This document shows positions 39,466-56,900 of a DNA stretch of 64,000 nt, in pieces; position 1 is the first letter of the stretch; every line of letters starts with the position of its first letter. The stretch comes from Eledone cirrhosa (lineage: Eukaryota): contig OZ024741.1 in the NCBI GenBank assembly GCA_964016885.1, forward strand, positions 148,428,001 through 148,492,000. Reading direction: 5' to 3'. The notes under the pieces were generated by a model. The model was not told the origin of the DNA, made no database searches, and worked only from the letters and a program-made list of their open reading frames with translations. Both the position numbers and the translations under genes were made by a program.

Positions 39466-41970
39466 CTAGCAGAAGTACCCGGCGTTGCCCGGGTGTAAGT
39501 CGACCTTTGGTCTGTTAGAATGTGTGAAAGTTATTTCCCGCGCATCACAGGTTCAAAACTTCGAACTTCAATGAAAAAAAATAGGTTAGTAGACACAGGT
39601 GTGTAATTTATTAATTGTAGTTACACAGTGTATCGTTGAAATTGTTCTCTGCACGACTGACGGAAGTCAAAATCGCTTGATATTGAATGTTCAGTTAATT
39701 TAAAGCAGGGTGAAAATGTCGATTACTTTCAGGGTTTTTTTTTTTTTTACAATTTTTGCGCTCACATGTGCAGAAGAAGAATTAAAAGGGCCTTTATCTT
39801 AACCGCGGCATAATGGCGAGTCTTTAGTGACAGTTTTCAAGAATATAGGACGTTCCTGTAAAAAGTTTTCCCATGTGTAACTTTGCCTTGTTTTTTTTGC
39901 GCAAAGTGGAGCCCCGCTTCAGTTTTATTGATTTTCTACATTAATGCGTGATCTCTGAAGTAGATTTGAGTAGCTAAAAACCTGTCCCGGTAAATTTGCT
40001 ATAGGTGAAAAAAAGTTGATCAAAATTGTATCTAGGGTTATTGCCCTTTGCCACAGCCTCAAGCCTCGTCTGACGGGATGTTGGTGATTCCTCCGTCAGC
40101 GCTTGTTGGCGACGAAGGCGAACATTAGCAAGCCTTGTCGTACGTGATGTTGGTGACTCAACCAGCCGGGAAAGACGTCTATCAGCGAGTCGAGATTCGC
40201 GCTCAGCAGGTGTTTCCTAGAGAAAATTAATTAATTCTACTGGTTAGCTAAGCCAATGGCAGTGTCAATAGTAAATGAGAAAAGTCTAACATGAACAAAA
40301 AGGAATCAAGGTAAGACAATAAATTTAATATAACTACGATTAGAATGTTGTAGTTGCTTAAAAGTGGTGACAGTTAGGATAAACGCAGTACTTGCTAACA
40401 TTAAGGGAGAATATTGCATAAAGGATTAATCAATTGGGAATGAACTCATACCTGAGAACGCCTAATTCGTTGTCTCAAAGCAGTAGCTGTACCTTTTTTG
40501 GAGGTAAGTCTTGAACGTTTCCGTGTGGGCATAACGACGTGTAACGAAGCTGTGAGGCTAGAGAGAGGTGATTAAATACAGAGAGAGATGACACCAGATT
40601 CGTTAGCATGGTTACTGGTGAATGGGAAGGTTTGGAAATATGATTACAATAACTTACCGAATTTTCCGGTCTATAAATTGCACTTAAAATAATTAAATTT
40701 AATAAAAATAAACAGCTCTGTGCTTTATACTCCGGTGAGCCTTATGTATAAATAATACAATGGTAATCAATCACGGCTCTAACAGAAGTAATAGATCTAG
40801 ACTAAAAGTAAAGAAGATAGCATTTTCCTGGTTGGCCTTACACGCCGTTGCGCGGACCTGATTTTAAATGATACGCCTTATATCCTGGTGAGCCTTATAG
40901 AGCGGAAAATATCTATTGGAAAAGAATACGAATTCATGACCAAGGTGTGACAAAATAGGCGTCTATACAGCGCCTGAAACAAACTTGTCCAAAACCCTAG
41001 GATTTTTCTCGTTAAGTATCCACCCAAAAGGAACCGTTTTTTAGTTACAAAAAATAACCAAAGTGTATAGTAGCTATATTTCTGACATATCATGCCAAAA
41101 AGAACAATATATTCAAAAAATGTTCTAAAGTACATTCGATCTCTCTTTTTGACCGATATCTTAATAAGCAAGTTATCGATTTTTTATTGGCTGTCAGTGT
41201 CTATCTGCATGCAGGTGTGCATGTGTGCGCAATTAATTGCAAATACGCTCATAACATTTAGTCGTAAGCAGAACAAAAAATGCCATTAGAGGTGGGCTAA
41301 TAATGAAGACACAAACCCTGGTGAACTTACGTTTAAACACCCGAAAAGTTACTCACTTCCTGTGCTAAAGACTGTATTATAAATTAAGTAATTTTTTAGA
41401 ATCTTTTGTTTAAAAAAGGAAAACATTGGTACGGAAGTAACATTTTTTACAACTTTGTATGTGTACAATACAACTTGGTCAACGTATTATTTAGTAATTT
41501 TTTTTTTCAAAAAGCATGATTATTTAAGACATGATTATTTAAGACAGCTTTTAGCATCACAAAAGACACCATTAAATTTGGTTCCCTTTTCAGATAGGGA
41601 TAATACTGTATTTCCACTTGAATAAGGTGGAATATGAAAAGATAAACTCTTTACTGAGACAGCTGGGAAGACATGCAGCTGGCCGTCCAATCAATAACGC
41701 ACGTCCTTATATGGGCATATGAAATTTATTTGTATTGCGCCAGATGTAAACTAAGAGTTCTTGTGTTCGAATTCACATAAAATTTCATTGGAATCGAAAA
41801 ACATTCTGTCATAGGGCCCGATTATCGATTTTTCGAAAATTTCAAGTAGCCTATTCCACTCTACGCGTTGCGTTTTATATATGTGTGAGGTTTCATGAAA
41901 ATTGGATGAACTGCGTAGCATGCAAGTTGGGAACACCAAACAATGTCCATCTTCCCTTTATATATATAGA
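39466..41970 (-). mobile_element. Non-autonomous Helitron, 2.5 kb
   Basis: Minus strand begins A|TCtatatatataaag and ends with the hairpin cccgggcaacgccggg, then CTAG|T. Inserted in (TA)n; no RepHel ORF. Confidence 0.85.
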
Positions 41971-42028
41971 TATAATATATATATATATATTATATATATA
42001 TATATATACATATATATATAGATATATA

Positions 42029-42343
42029 TGGAGGCACATTGGCCTTGCAATCGAAAGGTTGTGAGTTCAATTCTCAGACCGGGTGATGTGTTGTTTCCTT
42101 GAGCAAGACACTTTATTTCACTTTGCTCCAGTTTACTCAGCTGTAGAAATGAGATGATAGGGACTAGGGTCCCTATCATTCCACTGTAGAGTGGTCGTGG
42201 AGGTGCCACAGCAAAACAAAGTACCCAGCACTCACTGTAAATGAGGTTGGTGTTAGGAAGGGCATCCAGCTGTAGAAATCAAGCCAGAATCAGTTCCCGT
42301 CCTCCCCTTGCAAGCAGGGAAAAAGCGGACATAAAATGAATCG
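42029..42343 (+). mobile_element. tRNA-head SINE with CORE-like body and RTE-A-derived tail
   Basis: B-box gagttcaattc, ccttgagcaagacacttt, then gtggaggtgccac...ggaagggcatccagctgtagaaatcaagcc shared with the RTE-A 3' UTR. Confidence 0.8.
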
Positions 42344-42365
42344 ATATATATATATATATATGGGT

Positions 42366-42413
<48 letters not shown>

Positions 42414-42443
42414 GTTTAACGTCCATGTTCCATGCTTGCATGG

Positions 42444-43835
<1,392 letters not shown>

Positions 43836-43836
43836 A

Positions 43837-44053
43837 GCGGCGATGAATTAGTTTTGCGAGGTTTTTTATATGAAATCGTGTGTCGAAACAAATATTGTTA
43901 TACTTGGGGAGGGTCATATTTGTGTAATATTGCCAGAATTAATAACAGAACACACTCACTGTTTGGTTGGTTTTTGCTTCTCGCTTCTGTGTCTTTTATA
44001 TCGGTAATCTAACTTACTCGGTCCTCAATGTTGCCATTGACTGACCGACGGTC

Positions 44054-44055
<2 letters not shown>
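43837..44055 (-). mobile_element. 3'-terminal fragment of PLE family 2
   Basis: Near-identical to 34998-35205. Confidence 0.9.
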
Positions 44056-44130
<75 letters not shown>

Positions 44131-44143
44131 TACACATATATAA

Positions 44144-44176
<33 letters not shown>

Positions 44177-44267
44177 CATATATATAAACATATATATCTA
44201 TACATATATACATATATATATATATACATATATACAAATATATATACATATATATATATTATATACA

Positions 44268-44299
<32 letters not shown>

Positions 44300-44340
44300 C
44301 ACATATATATATATACATTTATATAAACATATATATATCT

Positions 44341-45533
44341 ATCATCATCATCGTTTAACGTCCATCTTCCACGCTAGCATGGGTTTGGACGGGAATTTTC
44401 CCACTTGAGGCAAGATTAGTTGCCTTGCTCGTATAGGACTGTCTGGCGGGTTTTCTACGGCTGGATGCCCTTCCTAACACCAACCACGTTTACAGTATGG
44501 ACTGGGAGGTTTTTACCATGTTACCTACACGGCCACATTACAGCGTGGACTGTGTGTTTTTTTTTGTCGTGACACCTACACGACCTCATTTGTTTCAGAC
44601 TGGATGTTGTAGTACCAACATGACTTTACATTGAAAGGGGTGGTGTGGATGGGGTGGGGGTAGTGGGACGGGGTGTATTTTGTTAGAGGTGCCTACTAAC
44701 TGTAGTAGGTTTCACTTTGTACTTAGGTAAGGCGGATCTTCTGTATTACTGTGTAGCGCCAAAGATCTCGGTCCAGTGACATTGTCTTGGAGAGGTGTAA
44801 GTGTGTGAGGTCGGAATTTATCAAGTCGTCCCAGGTTTTTCTGGGTCTGCCTACTCCGTGGCTACCGTCTATCTTTATTGCCCTGCACTTTGTTATACAG
44901 CTGTCGTCTTTCATGCGCATCACGTGACCATACCAACGTAGCCTTCTCTCGAGTAAACAACATCTGATCCCTCTTATTTCTAATTTTTCCTTTAGTTCGT
45001 TTATGCTTCGCCGTTCACGTATATTACTATTACACATCCAGCGGAGCATGCAAGCTTCGTTCCTCTCCAGTCTGCGTATATCCTCTGCACACAATGCCCA
45101 GCTCTCACACTGCCATGTAAAATTGCTGTTCGTATGCAGGCATCATACAGCCTGCCTTTCATTTTTAGAGAGAACCCTTTAGCGGCTAATAGTGGTATAA
45201 GCTCTCTGAACTTTTTCCATCCGGTTCTGACTCTAGCTACTGTACTTTCAGAGCACCCTCCACCACTGCTGATTTTGTCACCCAAGTAACGGAAGGTGTC
45301 CACTATTTCTATAGAACCATCTGTGCAATGGAATGAGCTAGTATTTTGTGGGCACTTGCTGCTACTTATTGCACCAGAGTACCGGCCACATGTAAAATAT
45401 ATGTTCTTAGTTAGCTTACCTGTGATCCCACTACATCTTTTATGCACCCATACTTTGCATTTGGGACATAAAATGGAGTTTCTACCTACTCCTTTCCTAC
45501 ACACTGAGCATGGCTATTTCCCGGATGGGGCCG
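44341..45533 (-). mobile_element. RTE LINE family B, 5'-truncated
   Basis: ORFs 45001-45504 and 44723-45094; inverted homolog of 30742-31876. Confidence 0.93.
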
Positions 45534-45559
45534 ATATATATATATATATATACATATAT

Positions 45560-45630
<71 letters not shown>

Positions 45631-45877
45631 TAAAAAGGAAAAGAATATGGTGACAAATTTCTCCCAGTGAAAAATAGTTTAATTAGGAATAAGTATAAAT
45701 TAGTAATAAGTATTGGTTAGTATTCAGTTTTAGTTTTAATTTTTTTCCAGTTGCGCATTTCTAATGCTTTTCAAAAATAATTTTGAAATAGAGCGCTCTT
45801 GATGTTTGCTATACACATATATATGTTATATATACATACATATATATGTTATATATACATACATATGATATATATAC

Positions 45878-45914
<37 letters not shown>

Positions 45915-46430
45915 CATAAATAAATACATTATCGGAGGAAGCTTTTAGCGATACTCCGGCCAAATCCCAACTCACTCAACAAACATTAGGAAATAAGTGA
46001 GTATATTCCTAATTAAACGTTCGGGGTGCTAACTAATTGTATTGTGTGGAAAATTGGCTGTATTATTTCATACGAGATATATCAAATATATCTCTTCCCA
46101 GACGGATGTCACGTTTCATTATAATATTTCTACAAATTTGGGTGAAATTATACTAATTTATGCAGAAGCTAGTATAAGATCAACAGATGCTTATTCAAGT
46201 GGGCTCTTATAATTCTTCAGTGGGTGCCCAATAATATTAATATTAATAATCAAATCAACATTAGTATTTAGCGATAATCACCATCAGTGCTTGAGGTGTC
46301 TGCTAGGCTGCTACTCTAGCAGTTCTAAAGAAATACTCAAACTGATTCAAGAATGAGATACATATATATATATATACATATATATATATAGGAGGAAGTT
46401 ATAGTTCACTTGAAGCATTGTGTAATGAGA

Positions 46431-47127
<697 letters not shown>

Positions 47128-47139
47128 TTATATATATTT

Positions 47140-47462
47140 ATCATCATTTCATTTTACTCCGTTTTTCACTGCTTGCAGGGTGGGACAGGAACTGATTCTG
47201 GCTTGATTTCTACAGCTGGATGCCCTTCCTAACACCAACCTCATTTACAGTGAGTGGTGGGTGCTTTTTTGCCGTGGCACCTCCACGATTACTTTGCAGT
47301 GGAATGATATGGACCCCAGTCCCTATCATCTCATTTCTACAGCTGAGTAAATAGGAGCAATGTGAAATAAAGTGTCTTGCTCAAGGAAACAACACATCAC
47401 CCGGTCAGAGAATTGAACTCACAACCTTTCGATTGCAAGGCCAATGCTCTAACCACTAAGCC

Positions 47463-47465
<3 letters not shown>
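47140..47465 (-). mobile_element. tRNA-head SINE (same family as 42029-42343)
   Basis: Minus: A-box tggcttagtggtt, B-box gagttcaattc, RTE-A-like tail. Confidence 0.85.
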
Positions 47466-47501
<36 letters not shown>

Positions 47502-47505
47502 TGTA

Positions 47506-47597
<92 letters not shown>

Positions 47598-47601
47598 CAT
47601 A

Positions 47602-47637
<36 letters not shown>

Positions 47638-47661
47638 CATATATGTATATATATATATACA

Positions 47662-48590
<929 letters not shown>

Positions 48591-48619
48591 TATATATACA
48601 TATATGTATATATATATAC

Positions 48620-48714
<95 letters not shown>

Positions 48715-48715
48715 C

Positions 48716-48810
<95 letters not shown>

Positions 48811-48814
<4 letters not shown>

Positions 48815-51800
48815 TATCTATCTAAGGCGGGTAAAATTCCCGAGATCCATGGACGAGTTCTCTCCAGCGGTCTCTGTCCCTCATTATCGCTGCCATGTCC
48901 TGCGTCTCCAACAGACCAGTGTCTGTCCTTAGGGCATCAACATACGTTAACCTTGGTCTTCCTCTTCTAGTGTGTCCATGTAGGGGCTCCCAAAGGAGCA
49001 CTGAGTGCAATGTCAACTCTGGATGTCGGTGAGCATGCCCAGCTAACCTCAGTCTCCTCTGTGTCACTTTTGAGCTGACTTTTGGGATGCTCCCATACAG
49101 CTCTGAGTTTTTCATCCTCAGTGTATACTGATTAATGTTCAGAGCCATCCTCAGCATTCTCGTGTAGCACCCATCCACCATCTGAGTGAGTTTCTTGGTC
49201 AGTGTCCAAGTTTCAGACCCATACAGCAGCACAGACTCCACTACAGCAATGAAGAGGCGGATTTTCAGGTCTCTACGAAGGTCCGACTTCCACACCGATC
49301 TCAAGCTGTGGCACGCCGCCCAGGCCTTGCTCTTCCTCTCAACCACATCATCTTCCGTATTCCCAATCTTTGCTCCCAAATACAGGAAGTCCTCAACCAA
49401 TTCCAGTGGCTTCCCGCCTACATTAGTGATCCCCTCTGGCTTCTCAACATTCTCTACCAGATATTTTGTTTTAGTCTCATTCATTCTCAGCCCCACACTC
49501 ATCGACACAGTCTCAACCTCCAGCATCAAATCCCCTGCCTCCTTCACTGTATTTGTCACCAAAACTATGTCGTCGGTAAATTCAGCATCCGATATCTTTT
49601 TCGCCCTAACTCTCCTGCTCTGAGCCGGTGCTACAGTAAAGCCAGAGTCCTGGTGTTTCTCCAGTGCAAGGTGCATACAATAGTCCACTACGATGATAAA
49701 AAGGTAGGGAACCAATGTATCTCCCTGGAGCACTCCAGCCAGTATCTCAAAGAACTCTGTCATCCCATCAGGTGTAATGACTTGGGCTTTGGTGTTGGTG
49801 TAGAGCAGTGATATCAGGTCCACTATCTTCTTGGGGATTCCATAAGCCTGGAAGATCTTCATCAGGCAGTAACGGTCCACAGAATCAAAGGCCTTCCTAA
49901 AGTCAATGAAAACCATGACCGCAAGAAGGCACTTTGCTCTAGCTCCCACTAATATCCTCCTCAGCATCAGGATGTGACTGGTGGTTGATCTACCCTCTCT
50001 GAAGCCGTTCTGGTTGTCCCTGAGCTTCTTCTCCATCTCAGGCTGGATCCTGTTTAGAATCATCCCGTTGAGGGTCTTTTCCACAAGTGACGTCAGTGAG
50101 ATCCCCCGGTAGTTGTTGGTGTTAGAGAGATCTCCCTTCTTTGGCACTGGGACGATGTTACTGATCCTCCACTGATTCGGGGCAACTCCTTTCTCCAGTG
50201 CCCCGTTACAGAACCCCAGGATGATATCATCAAAATCACACCTCTTCATCACCTCTGATGCCACTCCATCTTCTCCATGAGCCTTGCCCTCCTTGCTCCT
50301 CTTCTTGGCTCTCTGAAGCTCCTCTCTGGTGAAGGGCTCTGTCTCAACATCCAGTTCCTCAAACAGCCGCCTGATCTCCCCAGTGCTCTGGGCTGTGGAG
50401 GGTGGCTCTCCTAGTAGGGTCCTAAAATGGTCTAGCCATTTCCTCTTCCTATCCTCGGGCCCCGTTCCCTGGATCTGACTCGAACACCTTCTCTTCCTCC
50501 CTGTGATCTCGTTGATGATCATCCAGCTCTCCTTACATCCAGATCTGTCAACCGCTCTCTCCACACTTCTGATCTTCTCTATCAGTGCCTCCTCTCTGAC
50601 CTCAGTGTAAGCGGTACAGAGCTCTTCCCTCATCACCTCCACAGTCTCCATCCTCTCCTCCGTAGGATCAGCATAGAATTGGTCCCTGGCAGCTTTCAGG
50701 TGTTCTCTGGCTGCACACACTTTTGGGTTTGCAGAGCTGACGTGCTTCCCTTTGTTCTTTTTCCTCGACACCAGGGTTTCACTTGCTTCCGCCACTGCAT
50801 TGGTGAAGTGCCCGTACCTCCTCGTCACACTCTCCTCAGTCCATCCAATCTCTCTCTCCTCTGACTCTCCACACAGAGCACTAAACCTGTTTCTCACTTC
50901 TACTGTGAACCTCTCCTGTAGCTTATCATCTTCCTTGAAAGCTCCCCAGTCATAGATTGTTCTCCGGGGCCGAGCCTTGCTCTTTCTTAAGCTCACCCGG
51001 ACCTCACTCATAACAAGCCGGTGGTCACTACCCAGTGTACTGAAATAGCTGTATGGTTCCGTGTTCAGAACACTATTTCGCCACTTTTTCCTCACCAGAA
51101 TGAAATCAATCTGGGACTTGGACAGGTGCATATCTGAGATGTAGGTCCACATCTTCCCCAGATTCTTCCTAAACCTTAGGTTGGTCGCCATCAAGTTCGC
51201 CTCCAGCAGGGTGTCTCTCAGTAGTCTTCCATTTCGGTTGGTGTTGTTATGGAAGTACCAGCAAGGATCTTCACTGCCCTCCTTACTCAGATGTGCATTG
51301 AAGTCCCCCCAAACAAGCAGGATATTGTGTGCCTGAGTGGTGTTGAGAGCTCTACACACCTCCTCATGGAACTCTTCCGCACTCACATCACTGTCCCCCT
51401 CGGTTGGACTATAGGCTGAGATGACTGTCAGTCTTGGGTTTCCATTGAAGGTCACCCTCAACACTTGCGGGAAGATAGGCATTATTTCCCCCACCAACAG
51501 ATTGGTTTTTGCACTGAACACAAAACCCACTCCTCCTACTGCAGCATTTGTTGTGTTCTTCACTGCCGATGTAGTGATGAGGTAGCTCCTCTTCCCGATC
51601 ATCACACTCCTCACGGGCTCATCGTGTAGGATCCTGTGTTCTTGGATCGCAAGTATTTGTATACCACTCTCCTCGAACAGATGTCCCAACTCCTCTCTCT
51701 TCTCCAGCGTCCGAATAGTCCTCACATTCAAAGTGCCCATTTTGATGGCTCTTCTGCAGGACAAAACTGCATTCTTTATATTTGTCTCAGAGACAGATGA

Positions 51801-52125
51801 TCCATCATCTACTGGCCCGCTCTGTGGCTTTAAGCCAGCAGAGTCATAACGACCAGGCTGCTCCTTGACAGTGTAATTAGGGGCTCTAACCCTAGTGCTG
51901 TTAGATCGACTCTCCATATTTCTTTTCAATAGCTGACAATACCTTACCGTCGCCACTCGAATAAGGTAGTTATTTAACCCATAAATGGAGCCCTAACAGG
52001 TACTACCACCCCGGGCCAGGGCAGACCTGGGAGACATGACAACTAAGGGGTAACTCCACATTCCCCACATCTCCTGAACTCCCGAACTGGAGCCTTGCCA
52101 CTGGATGTAGTTTAATGTTATACCC
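48811..52125 (-). mobile_element. Apparently full-length RTE-clade LINE
   Basis: ~200-nt GC-richer 5' leader, single ORF, stop directly followed by an (ATAG)n tail; inserted in (TA)n. Confidence 0.9.
48822..51917 (-). CDS. APE endonuclease-reverse transcriptase, ~1031 aa, uninterrupted
   Basis: [27 protein letters not shown]; [44 protein letters not shown]. First ATG is at 51917 (the track start 51956 is GTG). Confidence 0.93.
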   Translation of the reverse strand: MESRSNSTRVRAPNYTVKEQPGRYDSAGLKPQSGPVDDGSSVSETNIKNAVLSCRRAIKMGTLNVRTIRTLEKREELGHLFEESGIQILAIQEHRILHDEPVRSVMIGKRSYLITTSAVKNTTNAAVGGVGFVFSAKTNLLVGEIMPIFPQVLRVTFNGNPRLTVISAYSPTEGDSDVSAEEFHEEVCRALNTTQAHNILLVWGDFNAHLSKEGSEDPCWYFHNNTNRNGRLLRDTLLEANLMATNLRFRKNLGKMWTYISDMHLSKSQIDFILVRKKWRNSVLNTEPYSYFSTLGSDHRLVMSEVRVSLRKSKARPRRTIYDWGAFKEDDKLQERFTVEVRNRFSALCGESEEREIGWTEESVTRRYGHFTNAVAEASETLVSRKKNKGKHVSSANPKVCAAREHLKAARDQFYADPTEERMETVEVMREELCTAYTEVREEALIEKIRSVERAVDRSGCKESWMIINEITGRKRRCSSQIQGTGPEDRKRKWLDHFRTLLGEPPSTAQSTGEIRRLFEELDVETEPFTREELQRAKKRSKEGKAHGEDGVASEVMKRCDFDDIILGFCNGALEKGVAPNQWRISNIVPVPKKGDLSNTNNYRGISLTSLVEKTLNGMILNRIQPEMEKKLRDNQNGFREGRSTTSHILMLRRILVGARAKCLLAVMVFIDFRKAFDSVDRYCLMKIFQAYGIPKKIVDLISLLYTNTKAQVITPDGMTEFFEILAGVLQGDTLVPYLFIIVVDYCMHLALEKHQDSGFTVAPAQSRRVRAKKISDAEFTDDIVLVTNTVKEAGDLMLEVETVSMSVGLRMNETKTKYLVENVEKPEGITNVGGKPLELVEDFLYLGAKIGNTEDDVVERKSKAWAACHSLRSVWKSDLRRDLKIRLFIAVVESVLLYGSETWTLTKKLTQMVDGCYTRMLRMALNINQYTLRMKNSELYGSIPKVSSKVTQRRLRLAGHAHRHPELTLHSVLLWEPLHGHTRRGRPRLTYVDALRTDTGLLETQDMAAIMRDRDRWRELVHGSREFYPP

Positions 52126-52204
52126 ATATATGTATATGTATATATATATATATACATATATGTATATATATATATATATATACATACATATATATATATA
52201 TACA

Positions 52205-52238
<34 letters not shown>

Positions 52239-52285
52239 CATATATGTATATATATACATATATATATACATATATTTATATATAT

Positions 52286-53560
52286 ATATTGTTATACTTT
52301 GGGAGGGTCATGTTGCCAATAAGAAACACACGCACCAGTTGCTTTCACTTCAATTTATTATAATAAATTTATAATAAATTTATAAATTTATAAATTTCTG
52401 GTTGGTTGGTTGGTTCCACAACCAGATAGTTGTTTATATATTGTCATAGTTCTTTCGTCACACACTCTGTGACCTCTTCAGTGACTGGGGATTCCTTTCT
52501 TTGTTTCTGTGACTCTCCTTTGTTCTGTCCTACGCCATTTTGTTTCTGTGTGTGTGTTGTGTGCTTAGTCTGCGCATGCACCACATCCGGGTGTCTGTGT
52601 GTGTTTATGTTCATTTATTTATTTGTTTATTTACATGTTACCGGTTGGTTGTTTGTTCTATGTGTGTGTGTGTTTTCATTTTGTCCTTAATTGTAAGTTG
52701 TGATGTTGCTGTTCCACTCATATTTTCTATTTAATTTTGGTTGTAATTCTTTTATGTTTATTGCCTCTGTAATTTGTCTAAACATTGCGTCTTTTCTGTG
52801 TGTAGATTCTATTTTTATTTCTATGTTCTCTAATTTACCCTTGTGTTCTATTTTAGCATGTTGGTAGAGTACTGATGATTCTTTACTATCTTGAAGGTCT
52901 CGCCAGTGTTCATTTATCCGTTCCCCTACACTACGAGCTGTCTCACCTATGTACACTATATTTTTTGTCTCTACATTGTCCTTCAGTACATCTTATGCTA
53001 TACACTACATTTCTAGTTTTACAGTTAATATGGGGGCTTATTTTACAGGTTATACATTTCTTATCTATACATGAGGGTCTTTGAAAAGGGTATGTCTTGC
53101 TAATAAGTGTTTTTACGGAGGTACCTGGTCTTTCTACTATCTTAATATTGAGTTTATGTTTATTTAGGGCCCTTCTAAATTTGTAAGCTAATTCACCTCT
53201 AGGGGTTGTATCGATGAACATTACACTCTGGTATTTATTGCTATCATACCATGAGTTTATTCTATTAGCCTTGTTCCTAGTTCTTTCTATTCTATTCCAA
53301 AATTTGCTCCTATACAAGGGGCAGGTCCCATTTATGTCATTATTTGCCATTTTTTCCCATTTGGTTCTGGCTCCTCTATACACTCTGATTTTATCTCTCT
53401 GATTGTAGCCAGAGAACTGCATACGGTGGATGAAGTGTTGTATGTGTCTCTCTAGTTCTTCGGGGTTGCACATGCGGGACACGTTTCTCATCATGATGAT
53501 TCTTTATTATCTTGAAGGTCTCGCCAGTGTTCATTTATTCGTTCCCCTATACTACGAGTG
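52286..53560 (-). mobile_element. Penelope-like element family 1, second 5'-truncated copy
   Basis: ORFs 52943-53494 and 52687-52956 are near-identical to the 20-25 kb copy; HHR at ~52443-52487. Confidence 0.92.
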
Positions 53561-53914
53561 GAGGCCAGGTGTTGGTGAAGTGTGAAGTAATTGAAGGGAA
53601 CCAACCGCCTAAAAATGTAAATCCCGTCATTAAAGCATTGTTGACCCTTTGAGAGTCGTACGGAGGTGAAATACTAACCTGTCCACGATCCTCCGAGGCC
53701 CACCAAATGGGGGTTGGTGAGGAGCAACAGCTGATATTTGAGTAGGGTCGGAGTTGCAATGAAGCTTTGTAACGCCGCGAGAATCAGCCTTTGTACGGCA
53801 GATGGTGGGGAGTGTCCATTGCACTGCAGTGAAGGTTAACCTACTTAGAAAGTACTCACGAAAAGGCAAAAAAAATAAAAAATAAAAAAGTTATAAAATT
53901 AGGAATCGAGGTAA

Positions 53915-56900
53915 TCCTATAAAACCTCCTTGTACACAATGTTTTTTTGTTTTTCCTTGCGGAACGAACGCGAAATCTTGCTGCTGAGACGCGAGCAGCC
54001 AACGTAAAGCTGACCATGAGAGAAACACGGCTCCCCAAATGTATTCCCGCGACAGACAGTGTTTGTCCCTACGCTTTGTTAATCGGGAACTGGGACCTCC
54101 GAAATGTGAAAGGTAGGTCTGCTCATGATGGGAAAAGATGCATCCTCGGTATGAGCACAACTTTGCCTCGACCGCACCCTCTGATTATCGTGGCCTCAAT
54201 CAGATTGGGAGCTAAGGACTTAACGACCAAACGTGTGCCATTGCATTGTTTCGGCGGAACCAAATTTCGAATGAGCATTATAGGGGCACCAACTTTAAGT
54301 TTCAAAATATGTGGGGGTAATCCGGGGGACTCAAAGGAATTTAGTACCACTATTGGATAGTTGATGACGTCCTCGGGATCAGGAGTTCTATCGATAGACT
54401 TATATACGTAGCCATCCCCAGGAATGAGTTTTAGCATTTGATCATTAATATGGTTAACAGTTTTATTCCTCGGGGCCAGAATAGCCCTTTGGGCAAGCCA
54501 AGCCATATTCTGATAATTTGCTTGGAGATCTGGGAACACTGCATCCCTGAGATCAGAAGGCGTACTAACAACGGTACAAAGTGAGTCGACGGCAATATTA
54601 CCCTTTTCATCCCCGGGCGTTTTGCCTTCGCCAAGTGCAAGGAGGGTGTGAGAAAATGCTGCTGATGTGATATCACCTCGCATATGAGCACGCATGTTAG
54701 TGTGAAGTTTCAGAGTCTTCACCAGGGGCCACAATGCGGATGACTTAAGACACGCACGTACTGCATCAGCTCTAGTCCCCTTGGGAATAACGGGAAGCGT
54801 TTGCCTGAAGTCCCCTGAAAGAAGAAGTGTTATGCCTCCCATTGGAGCCGTAGAGTCTTTGATGTCTCTCAGAGTTCTATCTAGCGCCTCAAGAGCACCT
54901 CTGTGGGCCATCGTGCATTCGTCCCAAACGATAAGCTTGCATCGTCTGAACACTTCTGCCTGATCGGAGCTCTTACTGATGTTGCAAGTGGGTGTCTCAG
55001 TCTTCGCTAAGTCAAGCGGGAGCTTGAAATAGGAGTGAGCTGTCCTGCTGCCCGGCAATAAAGTAGCCGCAATTCCAGATGATGCCACAGCTAAGGCAAT
55101 GCCTTCTGTTCGCCTAATCTCAGCTAATATTAATTTGGTGACAAAAGTCCCCCCCCCCCCCCCCCGGAGCGTCCAGGAAAAAAATCCCCCCAGCTTTACC
55201 CCAGACAGAATTAACAACGGAGTTGTAAGCGAATTTCTGTTCTGAAAGGAGCTTTGGCTCATTCTCCGCTATGTACTGGGCAAGCTCGTCAACATTATAA
55301 GATGTCTCACGCAGCAAATCCGAAAACAGAGTGTTTGCGCCTTCCCGGTTTGTTGAAGGTAGGCCATACACAGCTAACGCACTACCGCCCATATCGAGAA
55401 CAGTATCTTCGATTTCAAGCAGCCCCCTGTTGTAAATGAGGTCACTGTACCCGACCTCCATCGATGGGTTTAGCAACTGAGCGTGACGCAGGAAATCTTC
55501 AGACATGTAATCTTTGTAGCTAAGCCATAAAGAGGCCGGATCACCCAAGTCACACCATAGGAGTAGAATAGCGAAAAGCGATCTTAGTCTTTTAGGAGAT
55601 TTCAACAAAACGCCCTCTGCCATAGTGGCGCCCCATTGTGAATCATCCTCCAAAAGGCCACGCCTAAAGTAGGCTTCCCGGAAAGTATCACATAATTCAC
55701 CGTCAACAGTTCTTATGTCTCAAAAGCTTTGTGGGCCAAAAACCTCATGGAGGAGCAGGCGCAGGTGAAAACACTCATGCTGGTTGGGAGGTACAGTGTA
55801 CACTCTTCCTAGACAACTGTCAAACTTGACACCAGGATGTCCTTCAACATCCTGACCTGACTTCCTACGCACCCAAGTGTTGTTTGACCACACGTAGTAG
55901 GACGGGACCTGAGGATATGAAAGTGTTTTTGCAAATGTGTCAATTTGGCAAAGCGTAAAAAAACAGTCAAAGTTGTTTCTTTTGGATTGGCCGCCAAATA
56001 AGCAGCAGTCTGTTCAGTAAAGTAAGCCCGCCGGCCGTTTTCCAAATGAATCGCTAGTTGTATGATGGCGGGGTGCCTTTGGTGAAGTGGAAACCCGAAT
56101 ATCCGCCAAAAAGCTTCACCACTGCTGATATATCGACCTGATATATCGATCTGCCAAGTACTCCGAGACCTCGTCCCTGCTATTGTCGTTTTGAAGGCCG
56201 AACATGACAGCGTCGGAACCCTTGTTAACATATTTACATATGTACTTTATCGATTTCACTGAATGACAGAACTCCACATTTATATGAACGTTGAAAGTTT
56301 TCATCAGAAATGGACAGTATGGGACCACCCACCTATTATCAACTTGATGACCCCGTAACGTCATAGTGAATCCACCGTTCTCAGGCCGCCTTCGTCTGTA
56401 CTGTGGGTATCCGTCGCTGCCGGTCTGGGTCTCCTCAACAAACCTCTTTGAGTATCGTTTAGTGCACACATGGTCCTTGTGGCATGAAGAGAACTCTTGA
56501 AAACCGGGACCGCACTGACCGTGCACCATGTGTGCCTTCAAAATGTCGTACAGCTGCCGGTCAACAACGGGGTCCGGTATTTCCACTGCGATGACGTCAT
56601 CTATAACTGTAGGGTCTATTTTGGTGACCAACCAAACCAAAATGTGCGCGTGTGGCAACCCTCTCTTCTGCCACTCAACAGTATACATTTGGCACCTAAC
56701 AGGCCCGAAAACCTTCCCTTTTTTTATTAGATCAATTAGCTTAGCCAGCTTCTGCCTGAAAACCCTGGCAATAATATCATGCTGATGGCAGTACTGCTGC
56801 CCTGGGATAAGTTCCCGCTTAACCTCAACCCACTTGGGGCTACACGTAAACGTGATGAATAAATCGGGGCGCCCATAATGCCGAACGAACGTCATAGCGT

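Noticed and set aside
53560-53915. 3' terminus of the autonomous Helitron
   Set aside because: No hairpin plus CTRR end found; the sequence is cut by a PLE fragment.
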